From: an uncultured Bifidobacteriaceae bacterium
GTDB lineage: Bacteria > Verrucomicrobiota > Verrucomicrobiia > Limisphaerales > JADLHS01
Length of the DNA stretch: 64,000 nucleotides
Assembly (NCBI GenBank): GCA_964458575.1
Contig: CAYWMD010000030.1
Span: 6,973 to 70,972, forward strand
Direction of reading: 5' to 3'
Shown piece after piece: positions 36,140 through 45,507 of this stretch (position 1 is the stretch's first letter; each line of letters starts with the position of its first letter). The translations under genes and the position numbers were made by a program. The notes beneath the pieces are model-generated. The model was not told the DNA's origin. It ran no database searches and saw only the letters and a list, made by a program, of their open reading frames with translations.

Positions 36140-37486
36140 TCATCCAAAGTGAACAAATGACTTCTCAATCCTCCCCAGCACCTTCTCCTTCCCCATCACC
36201 TCCAGCAAATGATACAGGCTCGGGCCGGAGGGGTTGCCGGTGACGGCGAGGCGGACGGGATGCACCAGCACGCCGGCTTTCACGCCGAGTTCGGTGGCCG
36301 TGGCTTTCAACGCGGCCTCGAGGGTGGCGGCGTTGAACGGGGCGGCGGCGGCGAAGGCGGCGCGGAGTTTTTCGAGTCGCGGTTTGTTTTCAGGCACGAA
36401 ACTTTTCTTCGCGGCTTCGGGGTCGTAGGTGATTTCGTCGTGGAAATAAAATCCGCCATACGCCGGCAGTTCGCTGAAGATTTTGATTTTGCCTTTGCAC
36501 GTGTCCAGCGCAGCTTTCACGTAGGCCACGGCGAATCTGTTGGTGTCAATGCCGGCCTTCGCCAGCGCGTGAACACACATTTCGTAGAAGCGGTCGTCGG
36601 GCAACTCGCGGCAGTATTCGCCTTGCAGCCAGGTGAGTTTTTCAAAATCGAACTTGGCGTTGTGCCGGAGAATTTGCGGCAGGTCAAAGCGCTCCACGAC
36701 TTCGGCGAGGGAAAGTTTTTCGGTGTTGTCCTTGGGCGACCAGCCGAGGAGGCAGAGGTAATTCGTCACGGCCTCCGGAAGGAAACCTTCCTCCAGATAC
36801 GTTGTGAGCGACGCGCCGCGGTCGCGTTTGCTCATCTTGCTGCCATCGGCGTTCAGAATGAGCGGGATGTGCGCGTAATGCGGCGGTTGCACGCCGAATG
36901 CCTTGAAGAGCGCGATGTGTTTGGCGGTGTTGCTGAGGTGATCCTCGCCACGAATGACGTGCGTGATGCCCATCTCGAGATCGTCCACCACGTTGACGAA
37001 GTGGAACACGGGCTGACCGTCGCTGCGGACGATGACAAAGTCGGGATCGGCCTCTTCGCGATCGGTGAGTTTGCGGAGTACGTCGCCAACGACAAGGTCG
37101 GGAATGAGAATCGGCTCGCGCTGCATCTTGAACTTGATCGCGCCTTCGTGTTCGTAAGCGAGGCCGTGGGAGAGGAGCGCTTCGACGCGGCGCTGGTAGT
37201 TCTCGCGGCGCTGCGATTGAAAATACGGGCCGCGGTCACCCTTGCACGGGCCGGTGGCGTCACTGGTGAGCGGACCTTCGTCCCACGCAAGACCGAGCCA
37301 ACGGAGCCCGTTGAGAATGACATCCACGGCTTCCTGCGTGTTGCGCGCGGCATCGGTGTCTTCGATGCGCAGCACGAACGTGCCGCCGGTGTGGCGGGCG
37401 TACAGCCAGGTGAACAAAGCGGTGCGGGCGCCGCCGATGTGCAGGTAACCGGTGGGCGATGGGGCAAAGCGAACACGAACTTTCAT
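36140..37486 (-). CDS. gltX: glutamate--tRNA ligase
   Basis: ATG verified at 37486. RFAPSPTGYLHIGGARTALF carries the HIGH motif and KMSKRD the KMSKS motif. Confidence 0.95.
   Translation of the reverse strand: MKVRVRFAPSPTGYLHIGGARTALFTWLYARHTGGTFVLRIEDTDAARNTQEAVDVILNGLRWLGLAWDEGPLTSDATGPCKGDRGPYFQSQRRENYQRRVEALLSHGLAYEHEGAIKFKMQREPILIPDLVVGDVLRKLTDREEADPDFVIVRSDGQPVFHFVNVVDDLEMGITHVIRGEDHLSNTAKHIALFKAFGVQPPHYAHIPLILNADGSKMSKRDRGASLTTYLEEGFLPEAVTNYLCLLGWSPKDNTEKLSLAEVVERFDLPQILRHNAKFDFEKLTWLQGEYCRELPDDRFYEMCVHALAKAGIDTNRFAVAYVKAALDTCKGKIKIFSELPAYGGFYFHDEITYDPEAAKKSFVPENKPRLEKLRAAFAAAAPFNAATLEAALKATATELGVKAGVLVHPVRLAVTGNPSGPSLYHLLEVMGKEKVLGRIEKSFVHFG
36165..36287. repeat. copy B of the 123-bp direct repeat (functional gltX 3' end)
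   Basis: See 35747-35869. I counted 7 mismatches over 123 nt by hand alignment. Confidence 0.85.
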
Positions 37487-37698
37487 GGGGACAATCTAAC
37501 CACGAATGTCGCGGATGGACACGGATAAAAATTCGGCGCGCGACCGTCCCGGTCGCAGCGGCCACGAGATTTCGGATCAACTCAGATATTCCGTCAACTT
37601 GTCCAAACAACGTGCTGCGGCCCGGAGTGCCGCGCGCCGACATAGCGGATTCTCACTCCGCGATGGACTCCAAAACAAATCTCAACTAAACCATCGCC

Positions 37699-40128
37699 AT
37701 GCTTGGCTCGCGCCTGACTTTGATCTTGTCCCTCTGCGTTTTGAATCTGACGCCGCCGGCTTTGGCCCAGGCAAAGAACGATGAGACCCACCGCATGCGG
37801 TTGCTTCTGAACAAACGCACGCTGGTCGTTGATGCGAACCAACCGGCGTATCTCAATCACGCAGTGGAAGATCTCCGGACCTACCTGAAGGAAATCACCG
37901 GGCATGACGCAACAACCAAAACGACATTGCCCAAAGGAAAATCTCCCTTGCTCGTCATTGGTTCGATGGGGGCCGCACAGGTTTTAGGTGAATCGTCGTC
38001 ATTGGCCGACCTTGGCGACGAAGGATTCGTCCTCAAATCAGTCGTGAAAGATGGCCGGGATTGCCTCGTCGTCAGCGGCCCCGGGCCAAAGGGCAGCAAG
38101 TTCGCCGTTTACGAATTGATGAAGCTGATTCGTGCCGATGGCAAGAAGGCCTACCTCGATGGGCCGGTTGATAAACGCAGCGTGCCGTCCTTCAGCGTGC
38201 GCGGGATGCACTTGAACGGCTGGCCGTTCAAACATCCTTACTCGTTCCGAAGCTGGCGCGAGGCGGATTGGAAGCGGTACGCGGACATTCTTTCCTATCA
38301 GGGAGTGAACCTGTTTTACATCTGGCCGTTCATGGAAATCATTCCCCTGCCCTTGTCCAAGGAGGACGAGGAATATTTGCAGGAGTTTCGGCGGGTCGTG
38401 GATTACGCGCAACGCGAGCACGGGATGCAGGTGTGGTTGATGCAAAGCGCGAACCGCGTCGCGACAACGAATCTGAATGTGGCGGACCCGCGCAACCGGC
38501 CATACTGGCGTTACGACTTTCAAGTGGACCAGAACCCCGGTGACCCGCAGCAGTTTCAGAAGATCATGGACGCGCGCGAGGCGCTTTACCGGATCGTGAA
38601 CAACGTGGACGGCGTTTGCACGATTGACTCCGATCCGGGCGGTTGGAAGGGCAGCACCATTGGTGAATACATCCAAATCTTGCGCGGTTGCCGGGCGTTG
38701 CTCGACAAACACAACATCCACAAGTCCGACACCAAGCTGATCAACTGGCTCTGGTTCGGTTGGGGTCACACCAAGCCGGCATTCGACGTCGAACGTCAGC
38801 GGCAAACCATACGGGAGTTCAAACGCGATCTGCCCGAGCCTTGGCTGCTGGTTGCCGGTTACGATGCGTTGCTGCCGATGTGCCGCGAGGAAGGCGTGCT
38901 GCCCAAGACCATTTTCCTCCGCTACGGCGCGATCGAGGACGAGCCTTCCTACCCCGGCACGCAACTGGGTTTCAACTCCATCAAACGAGTTTTCGATGTG
39001 CTCAAAGATTACCCGGAGATGGCGGCTGGTTGGGGCAAATCAAATGGCGTGATGGGCAACGTCCAATGTCCGTTAGTCCAATTTCCGAACGTGTTTCATT
39101 TCCTGAACAGCGCCTGGGACGACAACTATCGCAACCGCAGTCGGAGCAATATTTTGATGGATCTCGCAACCCAGTTGCACTTTGAGAATCGCCAGCTGCT
39201 GGCTGATTGTTTCGCGGCGATCAAGGAGCCGAATCCGGACAAGGTGGAAGCTCTCGCCGGGCAGCTTGAGCGTCTGATTGAATCCAGAAAGCTCGGACGG
39301 CCCGGCGTCCTCGCGCGCAAAATTTTTCCTGATCATACCAGCATCGCAAGAAACCTGGTGCTGCAACTGAGGTTCAACGCGGCCCAAGCCCGATTTTTCC
39401 GCGACGTGGGCTCAGCAACGACCGAGGCCGATTACCGAAAGCTATTTGAGTCCTGCCTTGAAGCCTACCTGAACTGGGACAACGCCACCGGCTGGCACGA
39501 TCTGTGGGGCAAGAATTGGGGCATCGCGGGCACGCCATTCTTTCGGGAGGCGCGGCTGCCAAGGGCGATTGTTGCCCTCAAGCAAACGCTCGGTAGTGAT
39601 GAAACGCTCAATGCATTTTTCGACGACATGGGCAGCCGCCTTTCGCAGCGGCACAGCGAGCAAAGCGTGAATGACCATTGCCTCTGGTTCTTGAAGGAAA
39701 TCGCCCGCACGGCCAGCGCCACCGTGATCACGAGTCTCGCCCAGAAGGCCACGGTGACCGTATCCCAGGAGCCAAACACCCAGGTCTATCCCGCGAGCCA
39801 CGCGAATGACGGCACGCTGAACACGCTTTACTGGCCGGGCGCGTTGACCGACAACAACCACGAATGGATTCAGTTGATCTGGAACTCGCCGCAATCGTTC
39901 CGGCAGGTGAAGGTTTACTTCCTCAAGCATCCTTCGATGATCGGTCGAACCATCCACCTGCAAAAGGAAACAGCTCCGGGGGTGTGGCAGGACTTGGCGA
40001 CGAGCGTGATTAAAGACGAGCCGAAAGCGCATCAGGCGATTGCGACCTTCGAACTCACCCCGCCTGTCACGCTGGACAAAGTGCGCGTCGTCAATCTGCT
40101 GGACCTTTACGAAATTGAAATTCACTGA
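37699..40128 (+). CDS. secreted glycoside-hydrolase-like protein with a C-terminal discoidin (F5/8 type C)-like domain
   Basis: ATG verified at 37699. Signal peptide, then an N-terminal GH20b/GH67N-like alpha-beta module (GDEGFVLKSV..DCLVVSGPGPKGSKFAVYELM). The C-terminal HANDGTLNTLYWPG...WIQLIWNSPQSFRQVKVYF is typical of discoidin/CBM32-like domains. Confidence 0.55.
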   Translation: MLGSRLTLILSLCVLNLTPPALAQAKNDETHRMRLLLNKRTLVVDANQPAYLNHAVEDLRTYLKEITGHDATTKTTLPKGKSPLLVIGSMGAAQVLGESSSLADLGDEGFVLKSVVKDGRDCLVVSGPGPKGSKFAVYELMKLIRADGKKAYLDGPVDKRSVPSFSVRGMHLNGWPFKHPYSFRSWREADWKRYADILSYQGVNLFYIWPFMEIIPLPLSKEDEEYLQEFRRVVDYAQREHGMQVWLMQSANRVATTNLNVADPRNRPYWRYDFQVDQNPGDPQQFQKIMDAREALYRIVNNVDGVCTIDSDPGGWKGSTIGEYIQILRGCRALLDKHNIHKSDTKLINWLWFGWGHTKPAFDVERQRQTIREFKRDLPEPWLLVAGYDALLPMCREEGVLPKTIFLRYGAIEDEPSYPGTQLGFNSIKRVFDVLKDYPEMAAGWGKSNGVMGNVQCPLVQFPNVFHFLNSAWDDNYRNRSRSNILMDLATQLHFENRQLLADCFAAIKEPNPDKVEALAGQLERLIESRKLGRPGVLARKIFPDHTSIARNLVLQLRFNAAQARFFRDVGSATTEADYRKLFESCLEAYLNWDNATGWHDLWGKNWGIAGTPFFREARLPRAIVALKQTLGSDETLNAFFDDMGSRLSQRHSEQSVNDHCLWFLKEIARTASATVITSLAQKATVTVSQEPNTQVYPASHANDGTLNTLYWPGALTDNNHEWIQLIWNSPQSFRQVKVYFLKHPSMIGRTIHLQKETAPGVWQDLATSVIKDEPKAHQAIATFELTPPVTLDKVRVVNLLDLYEIEIH

Positions 40129-40129
40129 C

Positions 40130-42295
40130 ATGCGACAGACTTGCTCCAGACGCCCAACCCGTTTGTTCCTTGGCTTTCTGTTGGTCGCGGTCTCTGCTTC
40201 AGCCGCCACAAACAACTGGGATGACCGGGCGGATACGTGGGTGGCCACAGATTCCCTTGGGCGCAGGGTGCCAACGTTTCCCGAAGTCCCCGCCCCACGC
40301 GCCGACCGCACGGTGGGCATTTTCTACTTCCTCTGGCACGGCGCGCACATTCAGGGCGGCCCGTTCGATGTGACGAAAATTCTCGCCGCCGATCCGGACG
40401 CAATGCAGAAGCCGGACAGCCCGCTTTGGGGACCGTTGCACGCGCCGCATCACTGGGGCGAATCCATCTTTGGGTACTACCTCACCGATGACGAGGGCGT
40501 GCTCCGCAAGCACGCGCAAATGCTGGCCGACGCCGGCGTGGACGTCGTGATCTTTGACGTGACCAACCAGATCACGTATCGGGATTACTATCGTGCGTTG
40601 TTGCGCGTCCTGTCCGAAATGCGGCGAATGGGAAATCGCACGCCACAGGTCGCCTTCCTGACGCCTTTTTGGAAACCGGACAAGGTCGCGCGCGAACTCT
40701 GGGGCGACCTCTATTCGCCGGGTCTTCACCGCGAACTATGGTTTGCGTGGGAAGGCAAACCCCTCATGCTGGCCGACCCGGAACTCATTTATGAACGCGA
40801 GGAAAACACGCAACAAGACACACCAACCCCGTTGCAAGCCGGCCACACACTCGGACAGTCTTTCACCACGCAACGCGCGCTGATCGCAGTCTCCGCCCGC
40901 TGCCCGACCTGGGGCGTGCCCGGCGGCGCGATTACGTTGAGTCTTCGGCGTGGCGGCCCCAACGGAGACCTTGTCGTCACCAAACGATTTCGGGACATTC
41001 GCGACAATGCGTGGCTCACGCTGAAGTTGAAGCCGCCGGTCGCGCCGGGCAGTTATTATCTGGAGGCGGCTGATCCCCAAGGGCAGGTTGGCTGGTGGAG
41101 CCACAGTGAGGACACATTCGCCCGCGGCGAAGCATTTGCCGATGGCCAGGCCTGTGCCGGCGACCGCACCGTGCGGTTCGATTTCGTGGACGACGAAGCG
41201 ATGGCCATGCTCGACTTTTTCACGTTCCGCAAGCCACAGCCGGATTATTTTCAAGGTCAGACCCAGCCGGACATGTGGAGCTGGCTCGAGGTTCATCCGC
41301 AGCACGTCTTCACCAATTCCGCGGGGGTGAAGGAACAAATGTCCGTGGGCGTGGCCCAGAATGCGGTGAACGGCCGCCTCGGCTCGATGAGCGAAGCCGG
41401 CGCCCAGGGACGCAGCTTCCACAACGGGGCGACGGACCCGCGGGCGGACGCCGTGCGCCAGGGGTTCAACGTCGCTGAACAGTGGGAGCGCGCGCTGCGG
41501 GGCGATCCGCGCTTCATTTTCGTCACCGGCTGGAATGAGTGGATTGCCGGTCGTTTCGCCGAGTTCAATGGCATCAAACAGCCGGTGATGTTCGTGGATC
41601 AGTTCGACCACGAACACAGCCGCGACATCGAGCCCATGCGCGGCGGTCACGGGGACGATTACTATTATCAACTCGTCAGCTACGTCCGGCGTTTCAAAGG
41701 CGCGTGTCCCCTGCCCCGGCTCGAACCGCGCCCGATCAAAACTGACGGCCGTTTTGACGACTGGCGCGAAGTGCAGCCGGAATTTCGCGACACGATCGGC
41801 GATCAGGTGCGACGCGAACATCGAGGTTGGGCGACCAACGTCACGTACCGCAACTTCACGGGCCAAAACGACATCGTCGCGGCCAAAGCAAGTTGGGACA
41901 AGAAAACGGCCTGCTTTTACGTCCGCACCCGCGAGCCGATCACCTCGGCAAGCGGAACGAACTGGATGCTCCTCTTTCTTGACGCCGACGCCAATCCCAA
42001 GACCGGCTGGCTGGGTTATGATTTCGTGATGAACCTGACCGCTCCCGGCGCATTGGCACGAAACGTCGGCAATGAATTCGCATGGAGGCCGGCGGGTCAG
42101 GCGAAATGGCAGACGCGCGGCCATGAACTCGAACTCGCCATTCCATGGAAATTGCTCGGCTGGCAAGCCGCGCCCGCCGTGCTCGATTTCAAGTGGGCCG
42201 ACCATTGTCTGGAAAAAGCCGACTGGTCGGACTTCACCCTTAACGGCGATGCTGCGCCAAATGACCGGTTCAACTACCGGGCACAGGCGCATTGA
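40130..42295 (+). CDS. secreted putative glycoside hydrolase (TIM-barrel-like, WNEW motif)
   Basis: ORF 40040..42295. The ATG verified at 40130 lies one base after the upstream TGA and gives the signal peptide MRQTCSRRPTRLFLGFLLVAVSASAA. VGIFYFLWHG and FVTGWNEWIAGRF resemble GH99/DUF5010-like hydrolases. The family call is tentative. Confidence 0.5.
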   Translation: MRQTCSRRPTRLFLGFLLVAVSASAATNNWDDRADTWVATDSLGRRVPTFPEVPAPRADRTVGIFYFLWHGAHIQGGPFDVTKILAADPDAMQKPDSPLWGPLHAPHHWGESIFGYYLTDDEGVLRKHAQMLADAGVDVVIFDVTNQITYRDYYRALLRVLSEMRRMGNRTPQVAFLTPFWKPDKVARELWGDLYSPGLHRELWFAWEGKPLMLADPELIYEREENTQQDTPTPLQAGHTLGQSFTTQRALIAVSARCPTWGVPGGAITLSLRRGGPNGDLVVTKRFRDIRDNAWLTLKLKPPVAPGSYYLEAADPQGQVGWWSHSEDTFARGEAFADGQACAGDRTVRFDFVDDEAMAMLDFFTFRKPQPDYFQGQTQPDMWSWLEVHPQHVFTNSAGVKEQMSVGVAQNAVNGRLGSMSEAGAQGRSFHNGATDPRADAVRQGFNVAEQWERALRGDPRFIFVTGWNEWIAGRFAEFNGIKQPVMFVDQFDHEHSRDIEPMRGGHGDDYYYQLVSYVRRFKGACPLPRLEPRPIKTDGRFDDWREVQPEFRDTIGDQVRREHRGWATNVTYRNFTGQNDIVAAKASWDKKTACFYVRTREPITSASGTNWMLLFLDADANPKTGWLGYDFVMNLTAPGALARNVGNEFAWRPAGQAKWQTRGHELELAIPWKLLGWQAAPAVLDFKWADHCLEKADWSDFTLNGDAAPNDRFNYRAQAH

Positions 42296-42401
42296 TCCTG
42301 GAAGCGGCCTAGCTGCGTCGCGCACCGCGCGCACGTTCCCGGACATTTGACAGCCTTGGCAGGGAGGATGAAGTTGACTCGAACTAGCGAAAGATTGTCG
42401 T

Positions 42402-42728
42402 ATGAAAAAGTTCCTGTTAGCAGCCGGCCTGCTGTGCGCAGGCGCAAGTCTGGTTCACGCGGAAACCACGAACGACCAACTTCAAGCCGAACTGACGCTC
42501 CGTGCGAAAATGGACCTGGCGGTGGTTCCATCGGAAAAGCGCTTTGAAATCAACTCAGGTAACTTCACCTACAGCGGCATCGCCGTGACCGCAATCAAGG
42601 CCGACAACAAACTCCAGTTGTTTAATCCCGTGGCCCCTGACAAATACGGTACGATTGAAAACAGCGTTATGCGCGACCTGAAAACCGGGGCGGCGGCGGG
42701 TCTCAAGCTCTTCTCGATTGAATTCTGA
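42402..42728 (+). CDS. small secreted hypothetical protein (108 aa)
   Basis: ATG verified. Signal peptide MKKFLLAAGLLCAGASLVHA. No family recognised. Confidence 0.55.
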   Translation: MKKFLLAAGLLCAGASLVHAETTNDQLQAELTLRAKMDLAVVPSEKRFEINSGNFTYSGIAVTAIKADNKLQLFNPVAPDKYGTIENSVMRDLKTGAAAGLKLFSIEF

Positions 42729-42806
42729 GAAATTCGGCGACTTCGCCCGGATCTTAGGGCGGCATGGCGTCAGGGATGCCGGGCCCCAAATCCTTGCAAC
42801 GCGTGA

Positions 42807-42834
42807 TTGACATTCGCCGCCGATTGGCTACGGT
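42807..42834 (+). promoter_or_regulatory. candidate sigma70-type promoter for rpsT
   Basis: TTGACA (42807-42812), a 16-nt spacer, then TACGGT (42829-42834), about 45 nt upstream of the rpsT ATG. The -10 element is weak and promoter rules for this lineage are uncertain. Confidence 0.25.
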
Positions 42835-42878
42835 GGCGGCCCTTGAATTTGAACAAAGCGAACAGCCTGAACTGATAT

Positions 42879-43142
42879 ATGCCGAATACGAAGTCCGCCG
42901 AACGTCGCATGCGCAGCAACGAGCGCAAGCATCTGCACAATCGCAGCATCCTCTCGCGCCTGCGGGGCATTGAAAAGAATTACCGCGCGCTCGTGGCGGC
43001 CGGCAAGAAAGACGAAGCCGTGAAGGCGTTTGGCGAGGTTTCCTCCGCGTTCGACAAGGCAGTCAAATCGGGCACGGTGCATCGCTCCGCCGCCAACCGC
43101 AAGAAAAGCCGCATGGCTACGGCGTTGAACCGGCTCAAGTAA
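42879..43142 (+). CDS. rpsT: 30S ribosomal protein S20
   Basis: MPNTKSAERRMRSNERKHLHNRS...AANRKKSRMATALNRL is the canonical S20 sequence. Confidence 0.95.
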   Translation: MPNTKSAERRMRSNERKHLHNRSILSRLRGIEKNYRALVAAGKKDEAVKAFGEVSSAFDKAVKSGTVHRSAANRKKSRMATALNRLK

Positions 43143-43893
43143 GCCGGCGCGCGGGGAAGCGCTTCGATCTGACCAGCCCCCATTTCGCGAAACGGAACGC
43201 CAGCCCCGTCCCCAGGCAACCGATTCCATACCGCAAGCTGCGTTGGAAGTTAATGGAGGAGGCTTCGGGGAAATACTTCGTGGGACAACTGACTTCGCCG
43301 ATGGTAAACCCGTGCCAGAGAATCTGGGCGAGCATCTGGTTGTCGAAAACGAAATCGTCCGAGTTGTCCGCCAGATCGAGTGTCTCCAGAATTTCGCGGG
43401 AGAAGGCGCGGTAGCCCGTGTGATATTCGGATAGCTTTGCCCCCAGTAGAACATTCTCCGCCAGCGTGAGCGCGCGGTTGGACACGTATTTCCACCAAGG
43501 CATCCCGCCCTTCAGCGCGTACCCTCCCAGGATGCGGCTGCCCAGCACGCAAGGATGAAGGCCGTTGGCGATCATGGACACCATGGCGGGGAGTAACTTC
43601 GGGGTGTACTGGTAATCCGGGTGGAGCATGACGACGATGTCCGCGCCGGCTTCCAGCGCGAGCCGGTAACAGGTTTTTTGATTTCCCCCGTAACCGCGGT
43701 TGACCGCGTGCACATGGACCTGGACGCCTTCCAAGCTCTTTGCCACGGCCACGGTGTCATCCCGGCTGCCGTCATCCACGAGAATAATGGTGTCCACGAG
43801 GTCCTGTTCGCGCACCTCGGCATGGGTCTGGCGCAACGTCTTGCCGGCGTTATACGCCGGCATCACCACCACTACTCTTTTGCCGCGATACAT
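43135..43893 (-). CDS. GT2 family glycosyltransferase
   Basis: ORF 43135..43971. The ATG verified at 43893 gives MYRGKRVVVVMPAYNAGKTL. ILVDDGSRDDT and MLHPDYQYTP are GT-A motifs. The 3' end overlaps rpsT by 8 nt (convergent). Confidence 0.8.
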   Translation of the reverse strand: MYRGKRVVVVMPAYNAGKTLRQTHAEVREQDLVDTIILVDDGSRDDTVAVAKSLEGVQVHVHAVNRGYGGNQKTCYRLALEAGADIVVMLHPDYQYTPKLLPAMVSMIANGLHPCVLGSRILGGYALKGGMPWWKYVSNRALTLAENVLLGAKLSEYHTGYRAFSREILETLDLADNSDDFVFDNQMLAQILWHGFTIGEVSCPTKYFPEASSINFQRSLRYGIGCLGTGLAFRFAKWGLVRSKRFPARRLT

Positions 43894-44034
43894 GTTCGTG
43901 TGCGTGAAAAGAAAACTTGTTGTTCCGATTCGCGTCAACATGCCCAAGCCCCAACCCGGATGAGAAGCCAAAAATGCCGCACCCCGCTTCTTTATGGCAG
44001 TCGCGCGCCCTGCATTGTAAGCTGCAACCCGTTT

Positions 44035-44742
44035 ATGGCGATTGCAGACATCAGACGCGAATACAGCACGGGCGGATTAAACCGCCAGGATCTGGGCGCG
44101 GACCCGCTCGCGCAATTCAAGACGTGGTTCAGCCAGGCAACCGCCGCGCAATCGGGCAGCCGCTGGCGGCGCATCGGGATCGCCCTTTACAAACTCGGGC
44201 ACGCGCTCCTCGGCCACGCACCCGTGGACGCCAACGCCATGGTGCTGGCGTCGGTCTCGAAAGACGGACAGCCTTCCGCCCGCACGGTGCTGCTCAAAGG
44301 CGTGGACGAGCGCGGTTTTATTTTCTTTACCAACTACGACAGCCGCAAAGGGAAGGAACTGGCGGAAAACCCAAAAGCATCGCTCGTGTTCTACTGGGCC
44401 GAATTCGAACGGCAAGTGTGCATCGCCGGAACAGTGACCAAACTTCCGCGCGAGGAGTCGGAGGCCTATTTCAAAAGCCGGCCCCAGGGTAGCCGGATTG
44501 CCGCCTGGGCATCCAACCAGAGCGATGCGGTGGCGGATCGCGAGGAACTCGAAAAGCAATGGCAGGCCATGGCCGCGCGTTTCCCGGGCGACGATGTGCC
44601 GTTGCCACCAAATTGGGGCGGATTTGTCCTCGCACCGGCGCGCATCGAGTTCTGGCAGGGTCGGCCCAACCGGCTGCACGACCGGTTCTGTTACCTGAAA
44701 CAAGCCGATGGCGCCTGGCGCATTGAGCGCCTCTCCCCCTGA
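44035..44742 (+). CDS. pdxH: pyridoxamine 5'-phosphate oxidase
   Basis: ORF 43621..44742. The ATG verified at 44035 gives MAIADIRREYSTGGL. Motifs FFTNYDSRKGKEL, RIEFWQGRPNRLHDRF and the terminal ERLSP are present. Confidence 0.9.
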   Translation: MAIADIRREYSTGGLNRQDLGADPLAQFKTWFSQATAAQSGSRWRRIGIALYKLGHALLGHAPVDANAMVLASVSKDGQPSARTVLLKGVDERGFIFFTNYDSRKGKELAENPKASLVFYWAEFERQVCIAGTVTKLPREESEAYFKSRPQGSRIAAWASNQSDAVADREELEKQWQAMAARFPGDDVPLPPNWGGFVLAPARIEFWQGRPNRLHDRFCYLKQADGAWRIERLSP

Positions 44743-44920
44743 CCGTGCCCTCCCTCCCGCCGAAGCACATTTCGCTGCCCGGCACCGAAACGCGATCAAC
44801 AAGATCCTGATTTTTTTACTTGCAACTCGGCCCCGGGAGGCGAAGTTGTTTCAGCGCTCGATCCAGGCGTAGCCAAACAGTCGTATTGCGGAATGCCCAA
44901 CCCTTCGGGCGCTACGCGCG

Positions 44921-45490
44921 ATGAATGTTACCAGTCAGGTTGACGATCAGTTTGACCGGAAGGAAACGTGCAACGTCGTCGTGGTCTATGAAGACACCGC
45001 CAGCCGCCAGCGAGCCATGGCCGCGTGTGACTTCCTCATGCAAGAGCTGTGGTCGGAGGTGGAATTCGACTTTCATTGGTGGCGCGCCGATTTTTTGGAA
45101 CAGGCCGCCATGGCCCAGGCCGCGGCCGAGCAGGCGGCCAACGCGGATTTTCTGATCGTCTGTTCCGATCCGGAGAAGACCATTTCCATCGCTTTGAAGC
45201 GATGGTTCGAAAGCTGGATCGAGGCCCGCCACGGCCGCGACGGTGCGTTGCTCGACCTGACGCCGACCAACACCACAACCACCGGCACGACCCAAACGAT
45301 GGAAACTTTTCTGCGCGGTGTCGCCCGCCGGGCGATGCTCGATTATTTTGCAACCACATCGCAAACCATTACGGGCACGTTGCCGTCGTCCTACGAGGAA
45401 GTGCAACGCCGCGCCAGCCAAGTGTCCTCGGTGCTGGACGAGATTTTGCATCAGCCGCCCCGCCCGCCCAGTTTCGGATTGAATGACTGA
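44921..45490 (+). CDS. hypothetical protein (189 aa)
   Basis: ATG verified. The N-terminal half alternates beta and alpha patterns (CNVVVVYEDT...ADFLIVCSDPEK), suggesting a flavodoxin/TIR-like fold, followed by a Thr-rich linker. The competing minus-strand ORF 44912..45451 looks like a shadow. Confidence 0.5.
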   Translation: MNVTSQVDDQFDRKETCNVVVVYEDTASRQRAMAACDFLMQELWSEVEFDFHWWRADFLEQAAMAQAAAEQAANADFLIVCSDPEKTISIALKRWFESWIEARHGRDGALLDLTPTNTTTTGTTQTMETFLRGVARRAMLDYFATTSQTITGTLPSSYEEVQRRASQVSSVLDEILHQPPRPPSFGLND

Positions 45491-45507
45491 AGCCTGGCTG
45501 CTGCCGC

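Noticed and set aside
36209-37528. Long ORFs antisense to real genes, for example 36209..37528 (+) opposite gltX. Others are 581..1921, 6333..8183, 16063..16962, 26030..27106, 27619..28818, 38038..38964, 40736..42346, 48528..49946, 54183..55247 and 61085..62317.
   Set aside because: Their translations are Arg/Gly/Pro/His-rich with no recognisable motifs, while the opposite strand encodes full-length, motif-rich proteins. These are typical shadow ORFs in high-GC DNA.
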